From Fidelibacterota bacterium (lineage in GTDB: Bacteria; Fidelibacterota; UBA2242; JAFGTP01), in assembly GCA_029939785.1 (NCBI GenBank), contig JAOZSG010000006.1:1-25731 (forward strand): a DNA stretch of 25,731 bases. The letters run 5' to 3'. Position numbers and translations under genes: made by a program. The notes beneath the pieces were generated by a model. It did no database searches. It was not told where the DNA came from and worked only from the letters and a program-made list of their open reading frames with translations. Position 1 is the stretch's first letter; each line of letters starts with the position of its first letter. Positions 1 to 9,194 of the stretch are shown piece after piece.

Positions 1-577
1 AATCATTTCTGTATTCTTTTTCGGCATTATCCAATTGAAGTTTTAATGATTTTAATGAATTCTGGATTTGGGCATTTTTTTGTTTAAAATTTTCCTGCTG
101 ATAAATTTTTGCAAGGGAGTTTGCCAGATCTTTTGTCAAAATCGGATCATAATCTCTAACTTTTATATTTATAATATTAGTAAAACCCTCTTGTTCGGTA
201 GTAACTCTAGATTTAAGTCTTTCAATTGCACTTACAGAACTTTGGTCCTCCTTTATTTCACTGGAAGTCATGTTTGAATCAATTATTCCTAAACTTTTTG
301 CTGCTTTCTCAATCATAGAATAACTTTTTATAACAGCGGCTCTAGTTGCTAGATCATCACCGTAATTCCATGAAATACTTTGCATATATAATCCGGTTAA
401 TGATGTAGATCGTTCTATCTGAAGGCTTGCTGATGTCTGATATACCGGCGTTGGCTTATTAAGGATAGAGAAAATTAAACTAAAAAAAGTTAACATGAAT
501 GCAGTGAGTATTACAATCAATCTTTTCTTTTTAATTATTCTCCAATAATCATTAAAATCTAGTTCATATTGAGTCAT
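1..577 (-). CDS. Polysaccharide co-polymerase / chain-length determinant (Wzz/GumC/Wzc family), N-terminal part; runs off the left edge
   Basis: Not in the ORF track; translated by hand from ATG at 577-575 (AGGA upstream, 10 bp after the Wza-like stop): MTQYELDFNDYWRIIKKKRLIVILTAFMLTFFSLIFSILNKPTPVYQTSASLQIER..., open to position 1. The E-L-D-x-x-D-Y-W-R-I-I start, one TM helix and P-x-Y-x-T-S-A-x-L motif match the Wzz N-terminal domain. A kinase domain cannot be seen because of truncation. Confidence 0.85.
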   Translation of the reverse strand, partial: MTQYELDFNDYWRIIKKKRLIVILTAFMLTFFSLIFSILNKPTPVYQTSASLQIERSTSLTGLYMQSISWNYGDDLATRAAVIKSYSMIEKAAKSLGIIDSNMTSSEIKEDQSSVSAIERLKSRVTTEQEGFTNIINIKVRDYDPILTKDLANSLAKIYQQENFKQKNAQIQNSLKSLKLQLDNAEKEYRND

Positions 578-587
578 TATAATCCTG

Positions 588-1802
588 TCATCTAGTTGTA
601 CTTATATAATATACTGATAAAGCAGAAGCAACAAGTTGTATTATATAGTAATATGGTCTGATATATTCTGAAAATTCCCATACAAAACCACGTTTTTTGG
701 GTAATACAATAATTCTATCACCGTCTGCCAGATAAATATTATTTTTATCTTTTCTTTTAAATAGAAAATCTTCGAGATTAAACTTTAATTTATCTCCATT
801 TTTACGAGTAATTATTATTTCGTCGTAATCTGCATTTTTAGTTATTTTACAAGTATTTGCTAAAAAGTCAGCAAGCCTGAGATTACCTCGTATAGGATGT
901 ATTCCGGAATTTTCAATTTCACCGAAGACATAAACAGATTTATGACTGACAGTTACAACACTTATATCTACTATTGGAGTAAGCATATATTGGGATGCTT
1001 TCTCTTCTAACAACATTTTTGTTTTTAAAATAGACATACCGCCTACATGTACATTACCGAGAAGTTTATGATAAATATCGCCGTTATTATCAATTGGGCA
1101 CGTTTCTGTTTCATCTGGATTTATTTGACGGGCTGAAGTTTCATTAATAGCAATTTCTAAAACATTACCATATTGTAAAATATAATTATCAGAATATCTG
1201 CTATAAATCCTCTTATCAGCTAATTTATGAACTATTACTTTATCGCCATTTTGAAGTTCTATATTCTCTTCAATTTTATTTGCATACAAATAATCTATCA
1301 TATTAAATAATGAAGACTGACCGTTTAAATGTAAAATCGTAATTTCAGAAAGATCAGCATTTGGAAGAGTACCACCCTTTTCAATAATAAATTCTGCGAC
1401 TTTTTTCCCATGCTCAACTTGATAAACACCTACAGAAGACACTTCCCCATATAATATAATAGTATTACTCATCTTATCCACAATTTTTATTGAGATAAAC
1501 GGATTTGTAAAATATTTTTTTAATTTTATTTGTAGTATTTTCTCGCTATCATGAATTGTACGATTTTCAAGATTAATTTCCCCTAATAAAGGATGGTATA
1601 TTTGTCCATCTTCCATTATTTCGTAAATATTTGTTTCCACTTTTTGAGTATCACGGAAATTTATATCAGAGTATGTAATCTGAATTTTATCACCAATTGA
1701 TAACACTGAATTATCCTTAGTATCCTGTCCATATAATGATATAAACATTAAACTTAGTATTAATGTCACAATTTTCAAGTGAGTAATTAGTTTGATTTCC
1801 AT
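588..1802 (-). CDS. Wza/OPX-like polysaccharide export protein with two tandem (Poly_export + SLBB) modules
   Basis: N-terminal signal peptide without lipobox Cys. Module 1 motifs: GDKIQI, DGQIYHPLLGEI, LYGEV, NIELQNGDKVIV. Module 2 motifs: GNVLEI, NGDIYHKLLGNV, VFGEI, NIYLADGDRIIV. Aromatic/hydrophobic C-terminal helix. Directly upstream of a Wzz/Wzc gene. Confidence 0.85.
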   Translation of the reverse strand: MEIKLITHLKIVTLILSLMFISLYGQDTKDNSVLSIGDKIQITYSDINFRDTQKVETNIYEIMEDGQIYHPLLGEINLENRTIHDSEKILQIKLKKYFTNPFISIKIVDKMSNTIILYGEVSSVGVYQVEHGKKVAEFIIEKGGTLPNADLSEITILHLNGQSSLFNMIDYLYANKIEENIELQNGDKVIVHKLADKRIYSRYSDNYILQYGNVLEIAINETSARQINPDETETCPIDNNGDIYHKLLGNVHVGGMSILKTKMLLEEKASQYMLTPIVDISVVTVSHKSVYVFGEIENSGIHPIRGNLRLADFLANTCKITKNADYDEIIITRKNGDKLKFNLEDFLFKRKDKNNIYLADGDRIIVLPKKRGFVWEFSEYIRPYYYIIQLVASALSVYYISTTR

Positions 1803-1829
1803 TAGATTATACCTTTAATCTACTTAAAA

Positions 1830-2204
1830 TTAATATGCTGATAATATTTTTGCCATTACACTTGTTGATAAATAATTTAGATCAATAGGCTTGGTAATAT
1901 AATCGGTAGCACCATTTTCAATTGCTTCAAGTGCAATTTCTCTATCACTTAATCCAGTAACCATTATTATTTCTATTTCAGGATATTGTGGTTTAATTTT
2001 TTTCAGAAAATCAATTCCGTATCCATCTGGTAATCTAATATCTAGTAATACAAGAAAAGGGCGAAAATTCTCTATTTTTTCTTCTGCTTCTTTTAGATTT
2101 CCTGCAGTTTCGGTTTCATAACCCTGTGCTACTAAAAATTCTTTGACGAGATATCTTATTTCAGGTTCATCATCTACTATTAAAATTTTCTTCATGTTTT
2201 TCAT
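1830..2204 (-). CDS. Single-domain (CheY-like) response regulator receiver
   Basis: ILIVDDE acidic pocket, LVLLDIRLP phospho-Asp, MVTG and ITKP are all conserved; 124 aa with no output domain. Confidence 0.92.
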   Translation of the reverse strand: MKNMKKILIVDDEPEIRYLVKEFLVAQGYETETAGNLKEAEEKIENFRPFLVLLDIRLPDGYGIDFLKKIKPQYPEIEIIMVTGLSDREIALEAIENGATDYITKPIDLNYLSTSVMAKILSAY

Positions 2205-2266
2205 ACTTTCATATTAGCTTTTAAACAATTTAATTATTAATCTATTATATGTCAAATTAATCTATA

Positions 2267-3433
2267 TTAATATCTAAAGAATTCAGTGCATCCTTTTGAA
2301 CAAATATTAAACGATTTTTTTTTAATTATATATTTCCTTAATGTTTTATATTTATCATTATTCCATATTTTTGTAAATTTGTTTGCTTTTATATTACCTA
2401 ATTCATGATTCATAGAATGATAAGGTCGGACACTTCCGTCAGGAAATATATAACTTGTCATCCATAAACTCATGCAACGATTTTTATATGAATGTGATTT
2501 AAATGTAAATTTTTTGTACCATTCCAGAATTTCATCATGATCAAAATTGGGATAAAATGAAATATCAAAATTCTTTTTAATTCTTTTAATTTTTTTAATC
2601 TGCTCGATAATTATTTCAGGTTTAATATTAGGAATTGTTTCATTCGCAAAGCCCTGCCAATCTTTTGGATTACTTTGAAATTTAGTAACAAATTGTTTTT
2701 GAAAATTATTTACAGTTTGAGTATTAAGAAAAAGAAGATGGTGAAATGTTAAATTATCTGGAAAAAAAATCTTAGACGATTCAATAGTATCAATTAATGT
2801 ATCATAATTATTTTCAAATATTGTACTATTAATATTAATTAAGGGCTTTTTTAGATTGAATTTAGATTTAATATTATGAATTGTTTCAAAACCTTCTAAT
2901 GCTTTTTTATAAGCACCTTTTATTCCTCTGATTCCATCATGAACTTCTTCTGATCCATCCAAAGAAAAAATAATTTCATCAATTCTTGCATTAATTAATT
3001 CTTCTGCATATGATGCTAATAAAATTCCATTTGTAATTAGATTACATCTTAAACCGGCTGATTTGATAATTTTTATTACTTCCACAAAATCAGGATAGAT
3101 TAATGGTTCACCACCAAAAAGCGTAATATTCGGTTTAAAAAATTTCACATCATCAATTAATTGTTTTATTTCATCTAAAGATAATTGTTGATTTAAAACA
3201 GATGTACTATATTGTTTAAAAACACCCGCTTCCCCCCACTGTCCACACATTTTACATTTTAAATTACATCGATATGTTAAAAAGATTGAGATTGTTTCAG
3301 GCCAAAAACTTTTTCCATTCTCGAAATGATAAGAAAATCCAGACTTTAGTCGATGGGAAATATTTTGAAATGCATATCCTGGTTGTTTTATTGATTTTTT
3401 AAATGCTCTTAATATATTTTTTTTTGGTATCAT
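2267..3433 (-). CDS. Radical SAM protein with a C-terminal SPASM/twitch-like domain
   Basis: CNLKCKMC (CxxxCxxC), GGEP and FSLDG motifs; C-terminal CMSLW...IFPDGSVRP...LGNI...KIWN...CSKGC. Specific substrate not assignable. Confidence 0.9.
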   Translation of the reverse strand: MIPKKNILRAFKKSIKQPGYAFQNISHRLKSGFSYHFENGKSFWPETISIFLTYRCNLKCKMCGQWGEAGVFKQYSTSVLNQQLSLDEIKQLIDDVKFFKPNITLFGGEPLIYPDFVEVIKIIKSAGLRCNLITNGILLASYAEELINARIDEIIFSLDGSEEVHDGIRGIKGAYKKALEGFETIHNIKSKFNLKKPLININSTIFENNYDTLIDTIESSKIFFPDNLTFHHLLFLNTQTVNNFQKQFVTKFQSNPKDWQGFANETIPNIKPEIIIEQIKKIKRIKKNFDISFYPNFDHDEILEWYKKFTFKSHSYKNRCMSLWMTSYIFPDGSVRPYHSMNHELGNIKANKFTKIWNNDKYKTLRKYIIKKKSFNICSKGCTEFFRY

Positions 3434-3542
3434 AATCCTATATAGTTTCCTATTAATTAAAATTAATACTAATTAACAAAAAATCAATAATAAACATTAA
3501 TTATTTATATTTTATACATTCAATTTGCTATAATGACAATAA

Positions 3543-3571
3543 AAAGTATTTAAATTGTCACTTTTTGTCAA
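3543..3571 (-). promoter_or_regulatory. Candidate sigma70 promoter for the radical SAM/EPS operon
   Basis: The minus strand reads TTGACA-17 nt-TACTTT: perfect -35, and a -10 matching only TAnnnT. The AT-rich context weakens this. Confidence 0.3.
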
Positions 3572-3674
3572 AAAAAATATTTTATTATCTGTGATTAGTT
3601 TAAATATTTACCTTTAGAATTTATTTAGGTTATAACAACCAAAATTGGTATGACTTTTTGACTTACATACTCAA

Positions 3675-3690
3675 TGGCACGTACTTTGTA
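3675..3690 (+). promoter_or_regulatory. Candidate sigma54 (-24/-12) promoter upstream of groES
   Basis: TGGCACGTACTTTGTA versus consensus TGGCACN5TTGCW. GG-N10-G spacing is correct, with T in place of the -12 C; about 80 bp upstream of the groES start. Confidence 0.45.
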
Positions 3691-3768
3691 AAACGGCTCA
3701 ATGATTTTTTTAATAAATGTACAATATTTTAAAACAATATAATACTAAGTAACAAAAAAGGAGACAAA

Positions 3769-4053
3769 ATGAAATTAAGACCATTAGGAAATCGAGTTCT
3801 TTTAATCCCTGAACAGGCTGCAGAGAAAACAGCAGGTGGTATATTTTTACCAGACACCGCAAAAGAAAAACCCCAAAAAGGTAGTATTGTTGCAGTTGGA
3901 GCAGGAAGCGTAAAAGAAAATGGTGAACGAACACCCATGGAATTAAAAGTAGGTGACAACGTTCTTTATGGTAAATATTCAGGTACTGAAATTACTTATG
4001 AAGGTGAAAATTATTTAATCATGCAAGAAAGTGACATAATGGCTATTCTATAA
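3769..4053 (+). CDS. groES: Co-chaperonin GroES
   Basis: [45 protein letters not shown]; AAGGAG RBS; adjacent to groEL. Confidence 0.99.
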   Translation: MKLRPLGNRVLLIPEQAAEKTAGGIFLPDTAKEKPQKGSIVAVGAGSVKENGERTPMELKVGDNVLYGKYSGTEITYEGENYLIMQESDIMAIL

Positions 4054-4056
4054 TGA

Positions 4057-5730
<1,674 letters not shown>

Positions 5731-5753
5731 TAAATTCCTTAATTCATAAACTT

Positions 5754-5789
5754 AAAAGCCTTAGCAACTTTCAGCTAAGGCTTTTTTTT
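5754..5789 (+). terminator. Intrinsic terminator of groESL
   Basis: AAAAGCCTTAGC-AACTTTCA-GCTAAGGCTTTT stem-loop with an 8-T run, about 25 bp after the groEL stop. Confidence 0.9.
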
Positions 5790-5868
5790 AATATATAGAA
5801 AAACTATATATCCTCTTTCTTGATTATAAATTAATACTTAATTAAATTTGAAAAAAACAGGACTAAAA

Positions 5869-6240
5869 ATGGATAAAATTAGATTAAAAAACATGACTTT
5901 TTATGGATATCACGGAACTCACGAACAAGAAAAAATATTAGGTGGAAAATTTGAAGTAGATTTAGAATTTGCATTTGATCTCACTTCTGCGATTAAATCT
6001 GATCAACTTGAAGATACAATAAGTTATGTTGACATTTACAAATTAATTCAGCAAATAATGACAAACTCAAAGTATCATTTAATAGAATCCTTAGCAGGAA
6101 ATATTATAAAATCAATTTTTCAAAAATTCCCTATAGATAAAGCAACCATAAAAATTAGAAAACCACATGTACATATTCAAGGCGTTATAGATACAGTAGA
6201 AGTTGAAATAACGAGAACAAGAAACAATATAAATGAATAA
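5869..6240 (+). CDS. folB: Dihydroneopterin aldolase
   Basis: FYGYHG...EQEK...KFEVDL, TISY, LIESLA, IRKPH. Start moved from the track's TTG 5848 to ATG 5869 because ACAGGA lies just upstream. Confidence 0.93.
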   Translation: MDKIRLKNMTFYGYHGTHEQEKILGGKFEVDLEFAFDLTSAIKSDQLEDTISYVDIYKLIQQIMTNSKYHLIESLAGNIIKSIFQKFPIDKATIKIRKPHVHIQGVIDTVEVEITRTRNNINE

Positions 6241-6757
6241 AAGTATTTGCTATCTTGGACTTGGAACAAACATCGGTGATAGAAAACAAAATTTAAAGGA
6301 CGCAATTTTTAAAATTAGTCATAATTCTAAAATTAAATTATTATCCGTTTCTTCCATTTATAAAACAGAGCCAATGTACGAAAGAGATCAAGATTATTTT
6401 TACAATTCCACACTTAAAATAGAAACTATATATGAACCTGAAGAATTATTAACAATTTGCAAAAAAATTGAAAGAGAAATGGGACGGGATTTTCACCAAA
6501 TTAAAAATGGACCAAGAATAATTGATATTGATATAGAATATTTTGCAGATAAAATAATTGACAAAGAAATTCTTCAAATTCCTCATCCCAGAATTATGGA
6601 GAGACTTTTCGTTTTGAAACCTTTATCTGAGATTGCAAAAAATTTCATTTGCCCCAAAAGTGGTAAAACTATAAAAAAATTATTATTAGATTGTCCGGAT
6701 AAAAGTTATATTATCAGTATTGGTAATTTAGATATTATCAGAAATTTGAAAAAATAA
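6233..6757 (+). CDS. folK: 2-amino-4-hydroxy-6-hydroxymethyldihydropteridine diphosphokinase (HPPK)
   Basis: YLGLGTNIGDR, SSIYKTEP, GPRIIDIDI, PHPRIMERLFVLKPL; overlaps the folB stop. Confidence 0.95.
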   Translation: MNKSICYLGLGTNIGDRKQNLKDAIFKISHNSKIKLLSVSSIYKTEPMYERDQDYFYNSTLKIETIYEPEELLTICKKIEREMGRDFHQIKNGPRIIDIDIEYFADKIIDKEILQIPHPRIMERLFVLKPLSEIAKNFICPKSGKTIKKLLLDCPDKSYIISIGNLDIIRNLKK

Positions 6758-6776
6758 CAGGAGAATTATTAATCAA

Positions 6777-7424
6777 ATGAAAAACCTTTATTATATTGCA
6801 ATAGAAGGTGTTATTGGTGCAGGGAAAACCAGCTTTGCAAAACTTTTAGCAGAAAGATTATCTGCAAAAATTGTTTTGGAAAAATTTGAAGAAAACCCTT
6901 TTCTGGAAGAATTTTATAAGGAACCTGAAATATTTTCTTTTCAGACCCAATTATTTTTTCTATTAAGCCGATATAGACAACAAATGGAATTAAAACAAGT
7001 CGATTTATTCCACAATATGCTTATTAGTGATTATATGTTTGAGAAAGACAGATTATTTGCCAATTTGAATTTGAGTGACAAAGAGCTTGTTCTTTATGAT
7101 AAAATTGCAAATTTATTGGAAAAAGAAATTCCTAAACCTGATTTGGTTGTTTTTCTTCAGGCAAATACAGAAAGATTATTAGACAATATTTCAAAAAGAG
7201 GCAGGGATTATGAAAAAGACATCTCTGAGGAATATATAGAATCTCTAAACCAAATTTATAATGAGTATTTTTTTAGATTTAATAAAAGTCCTTTAATTAT
7301 AATTAATACAAACGACATTGATTTTGTTCATAATAAAAATGATTTAGATGAATTAATAAATGTAATCAGGCAGCCAATTAGTGGAACTGTATATTATAAT
7401 CCGGAAGGGAATTCCCTAATATGA
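6777..7424 (+). CDS. Deoxynucleoside kinase (dCK/dGK/dAK family)
   Basis: P-loop IAIEGVIGAGKTS, ENPFLEEFY, FQTQLFFLLSR, DYMFEKDRLFA, lid ISKRGRDYE. Substrate specificity not assignable. Confidence 0.93.
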   Translation: MKNLYYIAIEGVIGAGKTSFAKLLAERLSAKIVLEKFEENPFLEEFYKEPEIFSFQTQLFFLLSRYRQQMELKQVDLFHNMLISDYMFEKDRLFANLNLSDKELVLYDKIANLLEKEIPKPDLVVFLQANTERLLDNISKRGRDYEKDISEEYIESLNQIYNEYFFRFNKSPLIIINTNDIDFVHNKNDLDELINVIRQPISGTVYYNPEGNSLI

Positions 7425-7612
7425 CAAAACTAATTCAAATAGTATTAATTATATTAGTCGCTCGATATTTATGGAGACTTCTAAAAAAGTATATCCCAAA
7501 AATTGAAGATATTAATCAACAACAAAAAAAAACCGATCAATCGTTAAATATTAAACTTGATAAAAGTGATATAGAAGATGCAGAGTTTAAAGAAGTTGAT
7601 GATAAGAATTAA
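7421..7612 (+). CDS. Small single-pass membrane protein of unknown function with an acidic C-terminal motif
   Basis: ATGA overlap with the kinase stop; hydrophobic N-terminus LIQIVLIILVARYLW, basic stop-transfer segment, C-terminal DIEDAEFKEVDD. Confidence 0.75.
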   Translation: MTKLIQIVLIILVARYLWRLLKKYIPKIEDINQQQKKTDQSLNIKLDKSDIEDAEFKEVDDKN

Positions 7613-7698
7613 CTAATTCTGTTGATTTCATGTTAAATTATAAAGAGTTCTCAAGTATCAAGATCAAACATATTATTATAACCACTTATTCCTCAAAA

Positions 7699-8685
7699 TC
7701 AGATCGGCAGCTCGAAGTTTTTCGAATAAGTTTCTTTTAATTTATAAAGAATATCTAATGATTCAGCAACAGAATTAGCAAGAACTAATTTTTGTCTCAA
7801 TTTTGCTGCTTGTGGAAATCCTTTGAAGTAAGGTCCATAGGCTTTTTTCATTATCCTATTTGCAAAATCTTCTCCTCTATGAGATATTTCTAAATTTATA
7901 TGTTCAATACACATTTCTATTTTATCTGAAATACAAGGTAATTTTGTTTCTTTACCTGCAAAATGATCAATAATATTTTTAAATATCCATGGATTCCCAA
8001 TTGCACCACGACCAATCATTACAGCATCACAATTTGTTTCATCCATCATTTTTATGGCGTCTTCCGTATTTTTTATATCACCATTACCAATTACAGGAAT
8101 CTTAACTGTATTTTTCACATCTGCAATGATCTTTAAATTTGGTGTATTTCCAAATCCATCTGAAGCTGTTCTGGGATGAACTGCGATTGCTTTAATACCT
8201 TTGTCTTCTAATATTTTCGCAACATCCACTGCAACAATTTTGTTGTGTGTCCATCCTGCACGTATTTTAGCAGTTACAGGAATTGACACTGCCTTAACAG
8301 TTTTTTCTGCTATTTCACCTAATAAATCTAAATCTTTTAGAAGTGCTGCTCCTGCATTTTTTTTGACAACTTTACGAACTGAGCATCCGAAATTTATATC
8401 AATTAAATCCGGTGAGAATTTATCTTCAACATACTTTGCTGCTTCTGCCATAGCTATTGGATTATGCCCAAATATCTGAACTCCAACTGGTCTTTCATCA
8501 TCTACACTTATTAGATAAGTTTCTGTTTTTTCAGAACCTCGAATTAATCCTTCTGAACTAACAAACTCAGTATAAACAATTCCTGCTCCCATTTTTTTAC
8601 ATAGTAAACGAAAAGGTAAATCTGTATAGCCAGCCATCGGAGCAAGTAAAACCTGACTCCTTATATTTAATTTTCCTATTTTCAT
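7699..8685 (-). CDS. dusB: tRNA-dihydrouridine synthase, DusB type
   Basis: LAPMAGYTD, DINFGC (catalytic Cys), GAALL, VTAKIRAGW, PVIGNGDI, VMIGRGAIGNPWIF. Confidence 0.93.
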   Translation of the reverse strand: MKIGKLNIRSQVLLAPMAGYTDLPFRLLCKKMGAGIVYTEFVSSEGLIRGSEKTETYLISVDDERPVGVQIFGHNPIAMAEAAKYVEDKFSPDLIDINFGCSVRKVVKKNAGAALLKDLDLLGEIAEKTVKAVSIPVTAKIRAGWTHNKIVAVDVAKILEDKGIKAIAVHPRTASDGFGNTPNLKIIADVKNTVKIPVIGNGDIKNTEDAIKMMDETNCDAVMIGRGAIGNPWIFKNIIDHFAGKETKLPCISDKIEMCIEHINLEISHRGEDFANRIMKKAYGPYFKGFPQAAKLRQKLVLANSVAESLDILYKLKETYSKNFELPI

Positions 8686-8868
8686 GCCTAAATATAAAAT
8701 TTATTACGGTTTCAAACAATTTGAAAAAATTATTGTCTCTAACAATGTATTATCTTAAATTAGGCCGCTTTGAGAATATGATAATTGAAAAAGTTGTTAT
8801 TATACTAAATTAATTAATATTATAACAACAAATAAATAAACTTCGTCGGTTTTAAAGGAGTAATTAAA

Positions 8869-9057
8869 ATGTCTAAAATATGTGAAAAATGTGGAAAAAA
8901 ACCTATGTTTGGAAATAATGTGAGTCACTCTCATAGAAAAACAAGACGTAGATTTGATCTTAATTTACATAAAATCAATGTTAACGAGAACGGAACTATG
9001 AAGAAAATCAAAATATGTTCTGCTTGTTTAAAAAAAGGTGAATATATAAAAGCATAA
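8869..9057 (+). CDS. rpmB: 50S ribosomal protein L28 (zinc-ribbon, CxxC...CxxC form)
   Basis: [35 protein letters not shown]; AAGGAG RBS. Confidence 0.97.
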   Translation: MSKICEKCGKKPMFGNNVSHSHRKTRRRFDLNLHKINVNENGTMKKIKICSACLKKGEYIKA

Positions 9058-9083
9058 TCATCGCTTATTATATATGATAATTT

Positions 9084-9115
9084 AATCCACTGTAATTTTT
9101 GCAGTGGATTTTTTT
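9084..9115. terminator. Intrinsic terminator after rpmB, between convergent rpmB and ftsZ
   Basis: AATCCACTG...CAGTGGATT stem followed by a T-run on the plus strand. It may also serve the dcw transcript, but the minus-strand U-tail is weak. Confidence 0.8.
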
Positions 9116-9194
9116 ATTTATTTTGTAATCGTTCTCATTTATTGTCCAACCAATTGTTAACTGGTTATAAGGTTACCAAACTGTGATTCAAAGA

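Noticed and set aside
68-277. 69-aa plus-strand ORF
   Set aside because: Antisense shadow of the Wzz/Wzc-family gene (1..577, minus), which has family motifs and an RBS.
5791-5811. Perfect inverted repeat ATATATAG-AAAAA-CTATATAT upstream of folB
   Set aside because: Mostly AT dinucleotide in a very AT-rich genome; no second copy seen and no known operator match.
7699-8685. DusB variants GCSV (for GCPV) and HPRT (for HGRT)
   Set aside because: Catalytic Cys and FMN-binding motifs are retained; within plausible family variation.
8869-9057. Four-cysteine L28
   Set aside because: The Zn-ribbon form of L28 is well known.
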